Made by a program: the position numbers and the translations under genes | Shown here: piece by piece, positions 1 through 12,600 of the stretch | How the letters are laid out: every line of letters starts with the position of its first letter | Position numbering within the stretch: position 1 is the stretch's first letter | The notes under the pieces: generated by a model | The model's database searches: none | Seen by the model: the letters and a program-made list of their open reading frames with translations, nothing else | What the model was told of the DNA's origin: nothing | Source: Tubiluchus corallicola | Taxonomy: Eukaryota; Animalia; Priapulida | Length of the DNA: 64,000 nucleotides | Reading direction: 5' to 3' | Assembly (NCBI GenBank): GCA_030141605.1 | Contig: JAQGDQ010000359.1 | Location: 62,001-126,000 of the forward strand

Positions 1-624
1 CCAAAAACAGAAGATTAGTTTTACACAATGAAAGTAGAGGATGAGACTTTTAGTAAAAAAATAGAAGAGATAAGCAAGCAATGCAGTACTCTTTTTGAAT
101 ATAGAAAAGACAAATAATGTGGAATCGCATCGATGAAAGTTGAAAGGGTTACATTATCTCTTTCATGAAAATTTCTCTTTTAAGTAAAGGATAAATTCTT
201 CAGAAAATGGGGTTTTGCCCTTTTTTCAAAAGTTAAAGAAAAGAGAAGCGAGAAAAAGGCAGAAAAGTTCTTGCGAGAAACTCCCTTGTATTTCTTCTTC
301 AAAAGAAGCAGTCAAAGGGATCACAACACTCAATTAGACCAATCTTAAGAAAGACGCATTTTATAGCCAGGAGTAGTTTTGAGCAGTCAATAACCAGTTA
401 CCTAGTTATCCTGTCAACTTTGCAAAAATAAAACAAATGATAAATGTCTGAATTATTTTAAGATCATAAACATTTTGTTCTACTAATTCAGTTTGGTGAA
501 AAAAGTAAAGTTCAAGTTGGAATCAAACTTAATCTGAAAAATGCTTTGACTGCTGAGTGAAAGAAAAGCTCCTACGTTAAAACCGTACGAAGAAAAATTA
601 TGTTCAAAGCAAAATAATTTATAC

Positions 625-3600
625 CTCAACCATATGGCCATTTCTAGCCATTTGTTGTCCCAGCCAGGTGAGAGCTGCGACTATTTGGGAAGGGCAGCAT
701 CGACGGTTGTCGCCTACAAGGTTCACCATAGGTATGAGGTCATGTGACAGGTTGAAGTCACGTACGTTCATCAATACGTAATCCTGCTGAGACTTGATGA
801 CCGGCATTGAGGAAAATAAAACAGCCTACAAGACATAAAATTAAAAACAAAATTAACAATTACCTCAAAAAATGGAAGAACAAATGTAGTAAATGTTAGA
901 ATATCTCATAAAAATGCTAATGTTGTTGTTATTAATAATCACACAATAAGGGATTTTAAAAACAAGATGATCACCTTTTCACATTGGGATGTTTACAGCA
1001 GGATTTTTTTGATTAGCAGCTACTGTTATTGTGGTTGGTGCTGCTGTTGCTACTGTTGTTACTATCAGTAACATTGTGTGGCTACTCTCACTCATTTGCT
1101 ACTTACACTAAACACAGTACACAGAAAACAGTTTTAAAACCAAACAAAAAAATTAAGTATTGCGTTACCTGAAACATTTCTGATGCAAGAAGGCAAGCCT
1201 CAGCACGTTTATCTATCGTAACCGTGTAAATGTACTTAGCTATATTGCAGGCTATGACACCACCAAGCAAACAGCCCCATAGACCACAGAGATCTAACCA
1301 GACTAGAGGTCGATATTCAGACTGTGGAGCTGCTGAAGATGCTAGTTTTGATCTCCATATGGTTATTGCATCTTCAGTTTTTAATAATACATCTAAAGCT
1401 TTGCACCAGTTTAAAAATGCATGCCTAAATGACAAATGAAATTTTGAACACTTATTTTGTTTACATACTTTTCCAACGAAGACAAACAGCAATGGGTATT
1501 AATGTGTTACTATAATCAGATTACTTTTTATAGTAACAAGAAACATAACACAAGTACTCTGCTTAGTCTTGTAATCGTTAGTTCGGCAGTAATGTTACTA
1601 AATCTGCGTTACTTATCTACCAACGAATGACATTTTAAACTTGGGCTGTTTTAATCGTTTAGCTGATTTTCTTTTGTTTATCTCTATGGCAGTTTATTAC
1701 TTTGTTCAAATAATGACCTTATTTGACATTCAGACTGCTTGCCTGATAAAGCACTTCTGCAGCTGTAGCTCATTAAAGCCAGGCTTAATTCGGGAATACC
1801 TGGCCAAATGAAGCAGCAGGCTGAATGCTATTATTCAAGTACAGTAGTTTGCAATGGATAAGGGTGGCAAAGATCAGGTTTTGTGGTCAGTTCAGCAAGC
1901 AAGAGCTTTTGGCAAAGTTAATGGCAACATGGTCATTATTTTAATTTTGAAAACACAGAAAAACTAAATATAATAGTCTAGTGCAGAGACCCTGATGCAG
2001 GGACACTGTTATATGCATCTAAAAATTCTATGTTTCAGTGAATTCTGCTAGAAAAATTAACCTAGTAGCAGATATAGGTGTATTGCAGAAGCAATATTCT
2101 GATTTCACTAAAGCCAAAATGCACACTCAAACTAGCATACAAAAAGTAATGAGTAATCAGTAAGGGAATACCCTTGCTAAAGGTAATCAGTAATGAATAA
2201 TTTGATTACATTTTTTGGAAGTAATTAGTAATCATGACAGATTACTTTTCAAAAGTAATGAGCCAACATTGAAGCAAATACGATTTCAGCACTCTCGCTA
2301 CGAGAGCCACTATAATTTAAATTAAGGCTTTGTTGGTGAATATACAGTAGTTCAACTTTTTGTTGGTGATACACGGTATCTCATCTTTTAGGAAAACTAA
2401 ATAAATAGTGAAGCATGAAACATCTTAATATCTCAAATATATAAAGTATTAAGTTTTCACATTTATCTGAAGCCATATTTTAAGTATGCAACAATGATTT
2501 ACTTTATATACAATACAGTAAAAGTGGAATTACGGTAGGTCACTACATAGTCAAGCAATTCCAATTCTAATAATGTATTCACTTGAATGTTTGCACATTA
2601 ACTATATTGCTATACTGTTTGTAACATATTAATATGTGAACTTAAATTATTTACACAATGCAGCTATATATTATTGCAAACAACAGCCGACTAAACTGTG
2701 CCCATTGCCTCAAAAATATGTGCTAAACTTAAGACAAAAAAAGCTTTTTTAATCAGAAACCACTTAAATAATGTACACTATCACTTTAACTGAGGAAAAA
2801 ATTTAAAAAGCTCACATGTATAGCATTAGAAGCTATACATTTGAATATTTCTGCAAGATGCTAAAGCAGCAAGTACCGTCCTTGATTTTTTTACTTCCTT
2901 TCAAAAATGCAAATCTGTACTGGCAGTATTAATGTAATTTTCCTAAAACAAGGCTTCTTGTCGGATGGCCACAAACTCCAGCAAATAAACCAACAATACT
3001 AATATTACACTTAAGTTATCTATACGGCATTCAGCTACTGTTAATGCAAATTCAAACTGAGCACACTATCAATACCTCATGTTGCCCACAGAGAAGTAAA
3101 GATTGCCAAGCTCAAATAAACTCTGTGTCAACAGCGCTGTTTTGTTTGAAACTGTTTTTTCCTCTTCCAGCAAAGCCAGGGCATGTTTGTATGATGCAAG
3201 TGTTTCCGAAAAAGAAGAAGAAAGCACTGAAGCTGTGGTGGAGAATTCCGATGGCAGTGAAATGGTCTCCATCTTGCGAAGATCAACGACATCCGTTTCT
3301 GTGAACAAAACAATGAAACAGAATTATATGTGAGATGTCTTATCAAATAATTATCAAAAATATAGTAACATAATCACCTAACTTTGACTACTGTAATTAT
3401 TCATAACATCGAAAGCTGTTATGTAAAGAATTGCTGCTATGTATTTCTAAGATTTACCAGTGCGTTGAATTAGTTAACTTACCGGTACATTGAATCAGTT
3501 AACTTACCAGTACGTTGAATTAGTTAACTTACCGGTACATTGAACCAGTTGACTTACCAATAAGTTGAATTAGTTAACTTACCGGTACATTGAACCAGTT

Positions 3601-6600
3601 AACTTACCAGTACGTTGAATTAGTTAACTTACCTGTACTCAGTCTAATCATGTACAAAGTCAGAAGCTGCTGACTTTTCTCAAGGCAGTTCAGAACTTCG
3701 GGCTTGTCAACACTTGCACGTTCAATGAGTGCCATCGTAAATTCAGTATCGAGAGGAACGCAAGCTAACTTCAACCCATCTACAAAGTTATAAATATATG
3801 CATAAAACAAAACAAAAATGAGTGAGAATAGAACGTGTCATATGCGTCATGCTGAGATAACCTATGCACTCTTTTACTCTGTCTCGTGTGCCAGAGTTGA
3901 TTCATGCATTTTTTACGCCAGTTTCCAGCCCCGAGGTGAATTCCTGTTTTTTTATGTCCATTTGAACTTCCGGAGTTGATTCATGTACATTTTAATGTGA
4001 GTTTTCAGTCCCTAGGTTTTCATGCACTTTTTAAGTCAGTGTCCAGTCCCAAGGTTGATTCATGCACAGTTAACTTACCAGTACGTAGAATTAGTTAACT
4101 TACCAGTACATAGAATTAGTTAACTTATCTTGAAAGCTACTTTTTGGACTATCAGAATTGCTCTTACATGAGTCTTTTCAACATTTTTAATTGCTGCTCA
4201 GTGCAAAAAGTACAGGCCTGTCTGATATGCTTTGAGCATAATAGACAGCAAACTGACGTACCTGGATTTGCTCCGGACATTACCTCACAGTTCACTAGTC
4301 CTCTCAATAAACCTTTCATTATCAACTGTGTCTGCAAATACTCTTGTGGACTCGCTCTTAACAATGACAGCAGCTGCAGCTGCTTGCAGGGACCACCATT
4401 TAATTCTATTCGTTCTCTCAGTTGCTCTTGTGCATGCAATAGAAACATGCCTAACTTGGATGCACAGTTATCCCTGCAACAAGTATTTCAATTTCCATGA
4501 AAAAAACAGCAATTTGCTCAATAGTTTACAAATAAAGTGCATGTAAACATAAAGTTCATATCAAGAACGGATATGTAAAGCAACACATTCAACATATGGA
4601 CATAAAATACTACAGGAAGTCAAACAGTGTCCATCAGTTAATTAATATAATAATCGCATTGGTTAGTGAGCATATACAGACTGCACTTGCTGTCTGAATA
4701 ACGTAAATAATTATTTCTGTTTAAACAGTAATATAACAATAACACAAGTTTTCTAGGCACAGTGAATATTTGACACAAAAGGTCTTTTGCAGCCCGATGG
4801 CATGAAACTGAGGCATTTAGCAACAGTCTTTCGCCACCCAAGGTCATTTGCAGCCTGCGGGCATCAAATGGCAACCTTTTGCCACCCAAGGTCATTTGAA
4901 GCCTAATGGCATCAAATGGCAGCCCTTTACCACCCAAGGTCATTTGCAGCCTGCCGGCATCAAATGGCAGCCTTTTGCCACCCAAGGTCATATGAAGCCT
5001 AATGGCATCAAACAGCAGTCCTTTACCACCCAAGGTCATTTGCAGCCTGCTGGCATCAAATGGCAGCCTTTTGTCACCCACGGTCATTTGCAGCCTGATG
5101 GCATCATTAATGCCCAAGGCGAAGCCAATGGTGCTAAAGATGCCAGAGGGGTGAAATGACAGGATAAGGATGCAAATGTTCACGATGCTTAACAAAACTG
5201 GCGTTATTATTATCATAACTAATAATGACAATGTAAAACAAGAAATATTTCTTTATTAGTTTCTTATTTTCTCTGCTTATACAAAATTATATTTTAGATG
5301 TCATTTACTGTTATTCGTTGCAATTAATGCTATTAGAAGGCGTATTTTCATTGTCTCTTTCAGTAGCATTATTTTTTGGAATGATTCATTATGTTGCTAT
5401 TGACGACAAGTTGTGAATAGCCATTAACACCCGTTGCTATTGACGGCAGGATGTTAATGACCATTAACACCTGTTTGCTAATGACGACAAACAGTTGATA
5501 ATCATTGAGGCCTATCACTGGCTGCCACTGTTTAAATGGGGCCTGCATTCTAAACATTAATGTGCAGAGAATGCCTTTGCATTAGCTATAATAATAATTT
5601 AAATACGCCCAGAATTTATGTCCTGGCAAATTTAAAGTATGCGTCGTCATTCTGCCTTAAAATACACATCAAAAAACAACATCAAGAGCAATATCAATTT
5701 GGGCTGCTACCAACCATTGCTTGACAACTCTAATCACCCACGAAAAGAATGTCTGCTTAATCAATGATCATCAACTGGCAGTACTAATTGAAACTGTCAC
5801 ATCAGCACACACAACTTTAAATTTTTTAATTCAAAATTGTAAATATGAACTATCAAGATTGCACGAGCAATTTTATCTATAGAAACTACATGGTTATGAA
5901 AGTAAGAAACGGAAAATAAACCAGAGGTAATTACTGTATACTAGAAGTGGCATAGCATCAACTGTTTCTCTTCCATTACTATAAATAAAAGTTTATCTTA
6001 TGCCAACAAGTAGTCTTGAAAATCAGCTAAAATATAGGACATATTGAACACAACAATTTGAACCTACAGCCTTAAATGCAAAAGTGCACTGATAGGTTTG
6101 GTTTTGATCACAAATGAGGTTTAGCCATCATTTAATTAAATCCGTGTCTATATAATAACATCTCTAATCATATGATTGACTTCAGTGTTAATGTACTTAC
6201 CCTGACCAGGCCAAAAACTTAAAGCACAGATGAATTAACCGCTCCCACTTTTCTTCAAGATACAACACTTCCACAGCTGCCAGTGTGAAATTTGTGAGCA
6301 AAGATCGGTCCATCTTTCCTTCATCAAACCAGGTACCTGCTTTTAGACTACAGTCATCACCGAGGAAAGAACTGGAGAATGGTTCCTAATAAATAAAAAA
6401 ACCACAAATGATGTAGTTACAAAGTTACATAAAATTCTAGTATAGTGGTACAGCTACAACCTGTCTCCTGTGTTTTTTGAAATGAAAGTGCATTTATGCA
6501 GCTCTTTTGTCAAAGTTGACTGACTGAACCAAAGGCCAAATTGCCCCAAATCTAATTATTATAATTTATTCTTGTCACACGACTTTCTAGTAGAACATCT

Positions 6601-9600
6601 ACTGTCACTTATAGATCACAAAGGAAAGTTTCAGAGTCTTTACAATTTTTATGAGGGTATTATAATCATGTCTATTGTTCTGATTGTTTAGAAAAACATA
6701 CCTAGTGTTCTTTAGTTTGTATTATAAATAGCACAGATAAAACAATTGAGCATTTTAAAAATGTGACTTCCAAATTTAGTGTTTTAGATTCCAACATTTT
6801 GACAGCACAGTTAATCTGAACACATTAGAATTTTCAGCAGACACCTACTCAGACTTCATCTACAGTCAAACTGGAAGCGTTTGGATTGTGTCATGACACC
6901 TTTTAAATGTGCTTGTTCTCTCTAAGTTTAGAATCTGGCTATGCCCGTGTGTTAGTATAACTTGGCCTCTTTCAAGAAGCATAAGGAAGTCCTATCAGGA
7001 ATGTTGCAGTTGAATTCACACACCATGCCAGAAAATCAGTAATATGAATAACACCATGTAAGAATGCAAAATAAAATCACTAGCGAAACCTTATCCATAT
7101 CCGTTTCGAGGGCTACTTCTAAAGTACAGTCGAGAGCTGTGTACAGAGGACGCCACAAGTGCTTTCGCACAACATCTATAGAACAGGGCCACTTTGGATG
7201 ACAAGAAAGAATCAACAAATTGGTGTAGCTCTCCCAAATTGCTGCAAGTACATTCTGAAGAAGTGTCCAATGGTGCCCTCGATGGGCCAGAATCTAAAAC
7301 AAACGAGACTTAAAAAGTTAGACATCTAAACTGTATTTCCTAACAAATACTCATTGCTAATAAGATAATCATATATTGGTTAGCATTCCATCTATGACAA
7401 TGATAATATTAATAATAATAATATTATTATTAATTATTATTATTATTATTACTATTAATAATAATAATAAGACTAATTATTAGACTAATTATTAGAATAA
7501 TAAGACTAAGACTAATAATAATAAGACTAATTATTATTATTATTATTACTATTATAGTTAGAATAATAACAATAACCTTTAAAGCGAACTTTAAAGGCAA
7601 CACCTGCTACACCTGCCTGTTATGTGGCTTATATCAGCAACTGAAACAATGCCTATAACTACATAAGAAACTATCATAATCCAGCTTTTACCCTAAATGA
7701 TTTGCCAAGGTACCAATTCAAAATCTTTGGTAACCTGACCACAGCATCAAACTCATGACATCCCCAGACGAAAAGCAGATACTTTATTCACTACACTATG
7801 ATTGCCTCAGAGTATTTCATACAATGATAACTGTATATACGCTTAAAAGTGCCAAATTACATAGATATTTGTTGTACACAAATATTAATTTGTTGCATTG
7901 TGCACAATGTGTTTTTAACATTTATAACACCTTTTATAACACAAGTTCCTTATTTACGTAAGAAAACTTCACTAATTTTACGGAGATTAAACTGTGCACA
8001 TAAAAAACAGCAACAATTCAGTAAAACATTGCTCACCTACAAGCTTATTTTCAAAAAAAACCCTACAAAATAAAATCAAAAACAAAACAAACAATTAAAC
8101 CCTACTATAGCACGTTCCATGTGCTTGAAACTCTTTGCGACCATTTTTTCAGTGTCAGCAAGCAGCCCGTGACTGCGTTTGTCCTTAGGTCGGCGGTACC
8201 TTGACCCGGATTCCATGCTTCCCCGACGAGGCGTCTCAGTCGGCTTAGTAGTTTTCGCTGCATTTTCGGCAGCTAGTGATTCAGGCATGTTTTCAGTTTG
8301 TTGACTAAGCGGAAGAGACTGCAATCTGTCTGCGGCACTGGAGAGACTCGTACCAGTTGCACCTGTAGCATTCGTGGTAAGACTTCCACCATGACGTGGT
8401 TTAGGCATTGCAAGAGTGTCTGCCTTTTCTAAATGTAAGCTGAATTCACCTGTTTTGTCTAAAATAAGCAACAAAATTTTCAGTAAGACTTGTAATCCTA
8501 ATTCTATTGTTATGAAAAATAGTCGGTATTTTCTAGACTGACGAAAAACCCTGTATTTTTAGAAAGCTTGTGCACAAGCTTATATCAACTGACAATTTTT
8601 TTTACAAAAATAACCCCAAAATGAAGCTTGTGGCCACTAAAGGTGAGAATATGAATAAACAGGTTAAGAAAAATACATACTACTTGTAAGTGATAAGTAA
8701 TTTGATAATGATAAGTCATGCATCAATGATCTACTTGAAGCATCTGAGGTTAGTGAGGATGTTATAAAGGGGAAAAATACGATAAAGAACATCACAGTTA
8801 AGTCCAAAGAGATTTATATTTAAACAACTGTTCTGCATCAGGAAACGTCCAGAGTGAATGTATTAGAAACAATAGCAAGATTCTACAAGATGGGGGCAAA
8901 TTGTCGGCATTTGGGAAAATTGTCAAAAGGCCCTGAGAGCATCTTTTATTAAAGTCACAATCAAAGAGGCTTAAAGTAGCGATTAACGTTTGATAAGTAA
9001 GAGATGATCAATTTATAAACACAAACAATAACATCAGGAGTTATATATTTTCAAGCACAATGCAGGCATTCCCCATTTTGTTCTTAGACACTTCTGTAAG
9101 ATGTTTCTCCATCTAAGATCTAAGAACACAAATTACAACCAAGCAAGCAAACATATGACAGGTCGGGATGAAAAAACATTCATAGTCAGCAATTCAATAT
9201 TGCCATGGCGAGAAAAAGACAAACGCTTTGTGTTCTGTGTGTGAATTAAAGTTGACAAACCTACATTGGCAACTGGTCAGGATTTGTTCAGTGGGACTGT
9301 GTGGTAAGTAGTACACAGAGGTAAAAAATCAATTACTTCTGCACAATTACACTACAGAGATATAAGTTCCATAAATGCACTCAGTTAACTAATTAAACTA
9401 CTAAATGGACTAATTAGTATTAATTACAGAAGTGAGTTAGGTATAGGATCGATTTGACACTTAAAAATGACTGCATAAGGAAGGAACATTTTAGCATTGG
9501 CCACACTCATACTCCCAGCCATGCTAATTAAACCGCATTGCTACATATAACTCTACAGGTTAAGCAGCAGAAAGAAATTGTCTGTAAGAATAATTCATCG

Positions 9601-12600
9601 CATCAAGTGTTTCAATAGGCATTTTTTGGTACATTTTTAATAAAACTGACGATCTCTACATCTTAATAATATAACTACTGCTAACTTTTGAGCATAAGAT
9701 AAACAAGCATACCGTATAAAGTATGAACAATATTCGCCAGCTTTTTGTGCCAAACTGGAACTTCATGGGTCATAGTTACTTTCAAGCTTTTGCCTTTTTC
9801 TTCTGGCTGAACAATGGCACCCACAAAAGGCAGTGTGCACAGACCCGGCACCAGTGTGCAGCATTCTGTGGCAGAAAGTCTGATCCATTTCTGCTTTAAG
9901 TTTTTAGCCACAATGGATAGACAGGCCAAACCAAGAGTAAGATTTATCTGAAATTATAGTATAAAGATGGACATCTTCCCGACTTCATGCAAACTAACAA
10001 AAGGTCACTTTAGTTTTACGTTGCTGATTGTTATACTTGTTGATTGATTTCTTGCACTCCCCTCTCTTTCTGTCTCTATTTCTCTTTGTCCTTTCAAATT
10101 TATTACTAAACTATTAAAAGCATCTGCATCTTATGAAAATGCAGGAATGAGCCACTGTTGACGTCACACAACTCAGAGAATTTTTCGCTTCGCACAACAC
10201 ATTACTATCGAAAAATCGTTCACATCTCAGACAGAAACAAATTTTTCCAAAAACGAATGACCAATGGCCACCCTATAAATCAGAACGACGGTGATGTATA
10301 GAAGGTGTACAGTTGTGCCTGAACTCCAGAGAGGGTAAAAACAAACTCTATAGCAAGAACAAAATAAGTATGATGACTACTGAAGCAAAAGACAGACAGA
10401 CGAACGTATATACAAACAAACAGTCAAACAAACAAACAAACAACATACAAGCAAAGAGACAAACAAGCAAGTGAAGCAAACTGAGTGGCTATCAAAGAAA
10501 CAAAAAAATATCAAAAAACAGAACAAGCAAAACAAAACAAAGAATCAAACAAGTTCACAAACACAAAATTGTGATTCAGAATAACATGCCTGACTCCACC
10601 AAGGATTTTGCTCAGATAAAGCCTTCCTTCTATACAACTTGTTTTCATAAGATTCACGTAATTTGGGAATTTTCCTCTGTAATATCACTGCCGCTGCTTC
10701 ATCTAGTTCTTCGTCAGTTAGTAAAGGATCATTTAAATCTTTCACGACAATCTCTGGACGTGCTTTCTTTTTCTTTTCTTTTTGAAGTGGTTGTTTCTTT
10801 GTCTACCAAAAAAGAGAGTAAATATCCTAATGTCCAGACTCTTGTTGATCAAGTGATGTATAATTAATTAACTGATTAACTAACGAGGTGCAATTTCTAG
10901 ATATTTTACAATGACTTCAGGAAATCCCAAATGTTTAAATATTAAAAGCTTAATTCTATACCGAAGTGGTGATAGTTCAGCATCGACAAAAACAGATATG
11001 AATTCAAATACCAACATGGAAGAATGATCTTATTAGCTCAAAAGCAAACTGATCTTTGACGTACCCCTCTTTGCGGTGACTTAACGCGTTGTCTTTGGGC
11101 TCTCTTTGCCTCTAGTACAAGCTGTTTGTTTGCAAGCAACTTTAATACTTCATCACTCCAAGTCAAAGTTTCGTGGTAAAGTTCCTTGTCGAGGGCTTTC
11201 TGTAAAAACACCATCATCATAATCATCAGTAAGAGCAGTCTGCCATTTACCTAATTTCAGTAAAATTTTATAAAGTGGTATTTCTTAAAATATAAGTAAC
11301 GAAAAAGCCCACCTGAAGTAAATGAGCAGTGAACTCAACATATCTGGGGTGTCGACGAAACTTTATCAGTTCCTTATGCGCAAATGTACAGCTGTGTTGC
11401 AACAGGCAGAGGTGCATAATGTTAATATCTTCATTACCTGTGACACCAAGTTCACCTGACACTGAAAACACAAATAATTTAACATTATGAAGCTTAATAG
11501 TCAACACTAACCTATTAGCCTTTATTAAATGCAAGGCAGTCCTCTATGAAACTGGCACTAAACCATCTTTGAAATTAGTCACATATACAGTGAAAAATTG
11601 ATTAACTCGTATTCTGTGTCTTCAATGAAATTTGAATACAACAGCACTAAAATTTTGTGTGAGCATTTACCATAACAAGTTGATGATCAGATGCTCTGTA
11701 AAACAAAATCTGCAACCAAATCACTCACAACACCACCCTGTTGAAATGTATGAAGAAAAAACAAATCAGAATTGAACAGCAAAAAATATTTAAAACATTG
11801 AAAAACGCTATGCTGAAACTACTGTAGCTTGTTACCCGTGCTGATACCAGCTGAATGTGATCAAACGTTTCAGAATTTTGTTATCCTCTTCTATACTTTT
11901 ATGCAAATGCCTATTTATTTTATATTTCTTGTACAGTATTAAGATCCAGCTATAAAACGGAAATGCCCTACGTTAGCTTTATTAAATGCAGGAATAAGTC
12001 ATTCAACGCCTTTTGAGCTTCCACAAACTTTGGAATTCTCTACCATTACAACTGCAATAAATGAATCGGTTGATAACTTTAAAAATTTGAAACTTTGATG
12101 ATGTTTCAACATGTCTGCACGCAAGTTGAAGTATATTTGTGCATCATATTGTATTTCTTATATTAATTCTATTAAATTTTTAATTTACGGAATAATATGC
12201 TACCTGGAACACATTCTGCAGAAATCTAGCCTAATTAAAAATATCATCACCAGTGATGAAACATAAGTCATCTTTATTCCAAAAATTCCAAGTTTGTGAT
12301 TGTGTTCAAACGTTTCAGAATTTAATTGTGAACTGCTTGCAAAATCCATCACACCCAGGGGTTGGGTTAACATCAACTTCAGGTAAAACGCAAATTTTAC
12401 ACAACTGCATCAGCCCAAATACCAAGTAAAACAAACAAAGAACTACATTTCAGAAAAAAATGACAAAACACATATACCTGGTACTAAAAATTTAAAAATG
12501 TCAACTTCCAGTGCTCTTGTTTGCAACAAGCCAAAATTCTTGAAGTGAATGACAGCTTTTATCTGACTGCTTAGGCTATGGCTAGTATCCATACTTGAAG

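Noticed and set aside
10803-11064. Apparent phase conflict or TGA readthrough between CFAP54 exons 11199-11065 and 10802-10590
   Set aside because: Recounting the A-run shows GGG|GTACGT ... TAG|ACA is a clean phase-0 junction (SPQRG-TKKQPLQKEKKKK).
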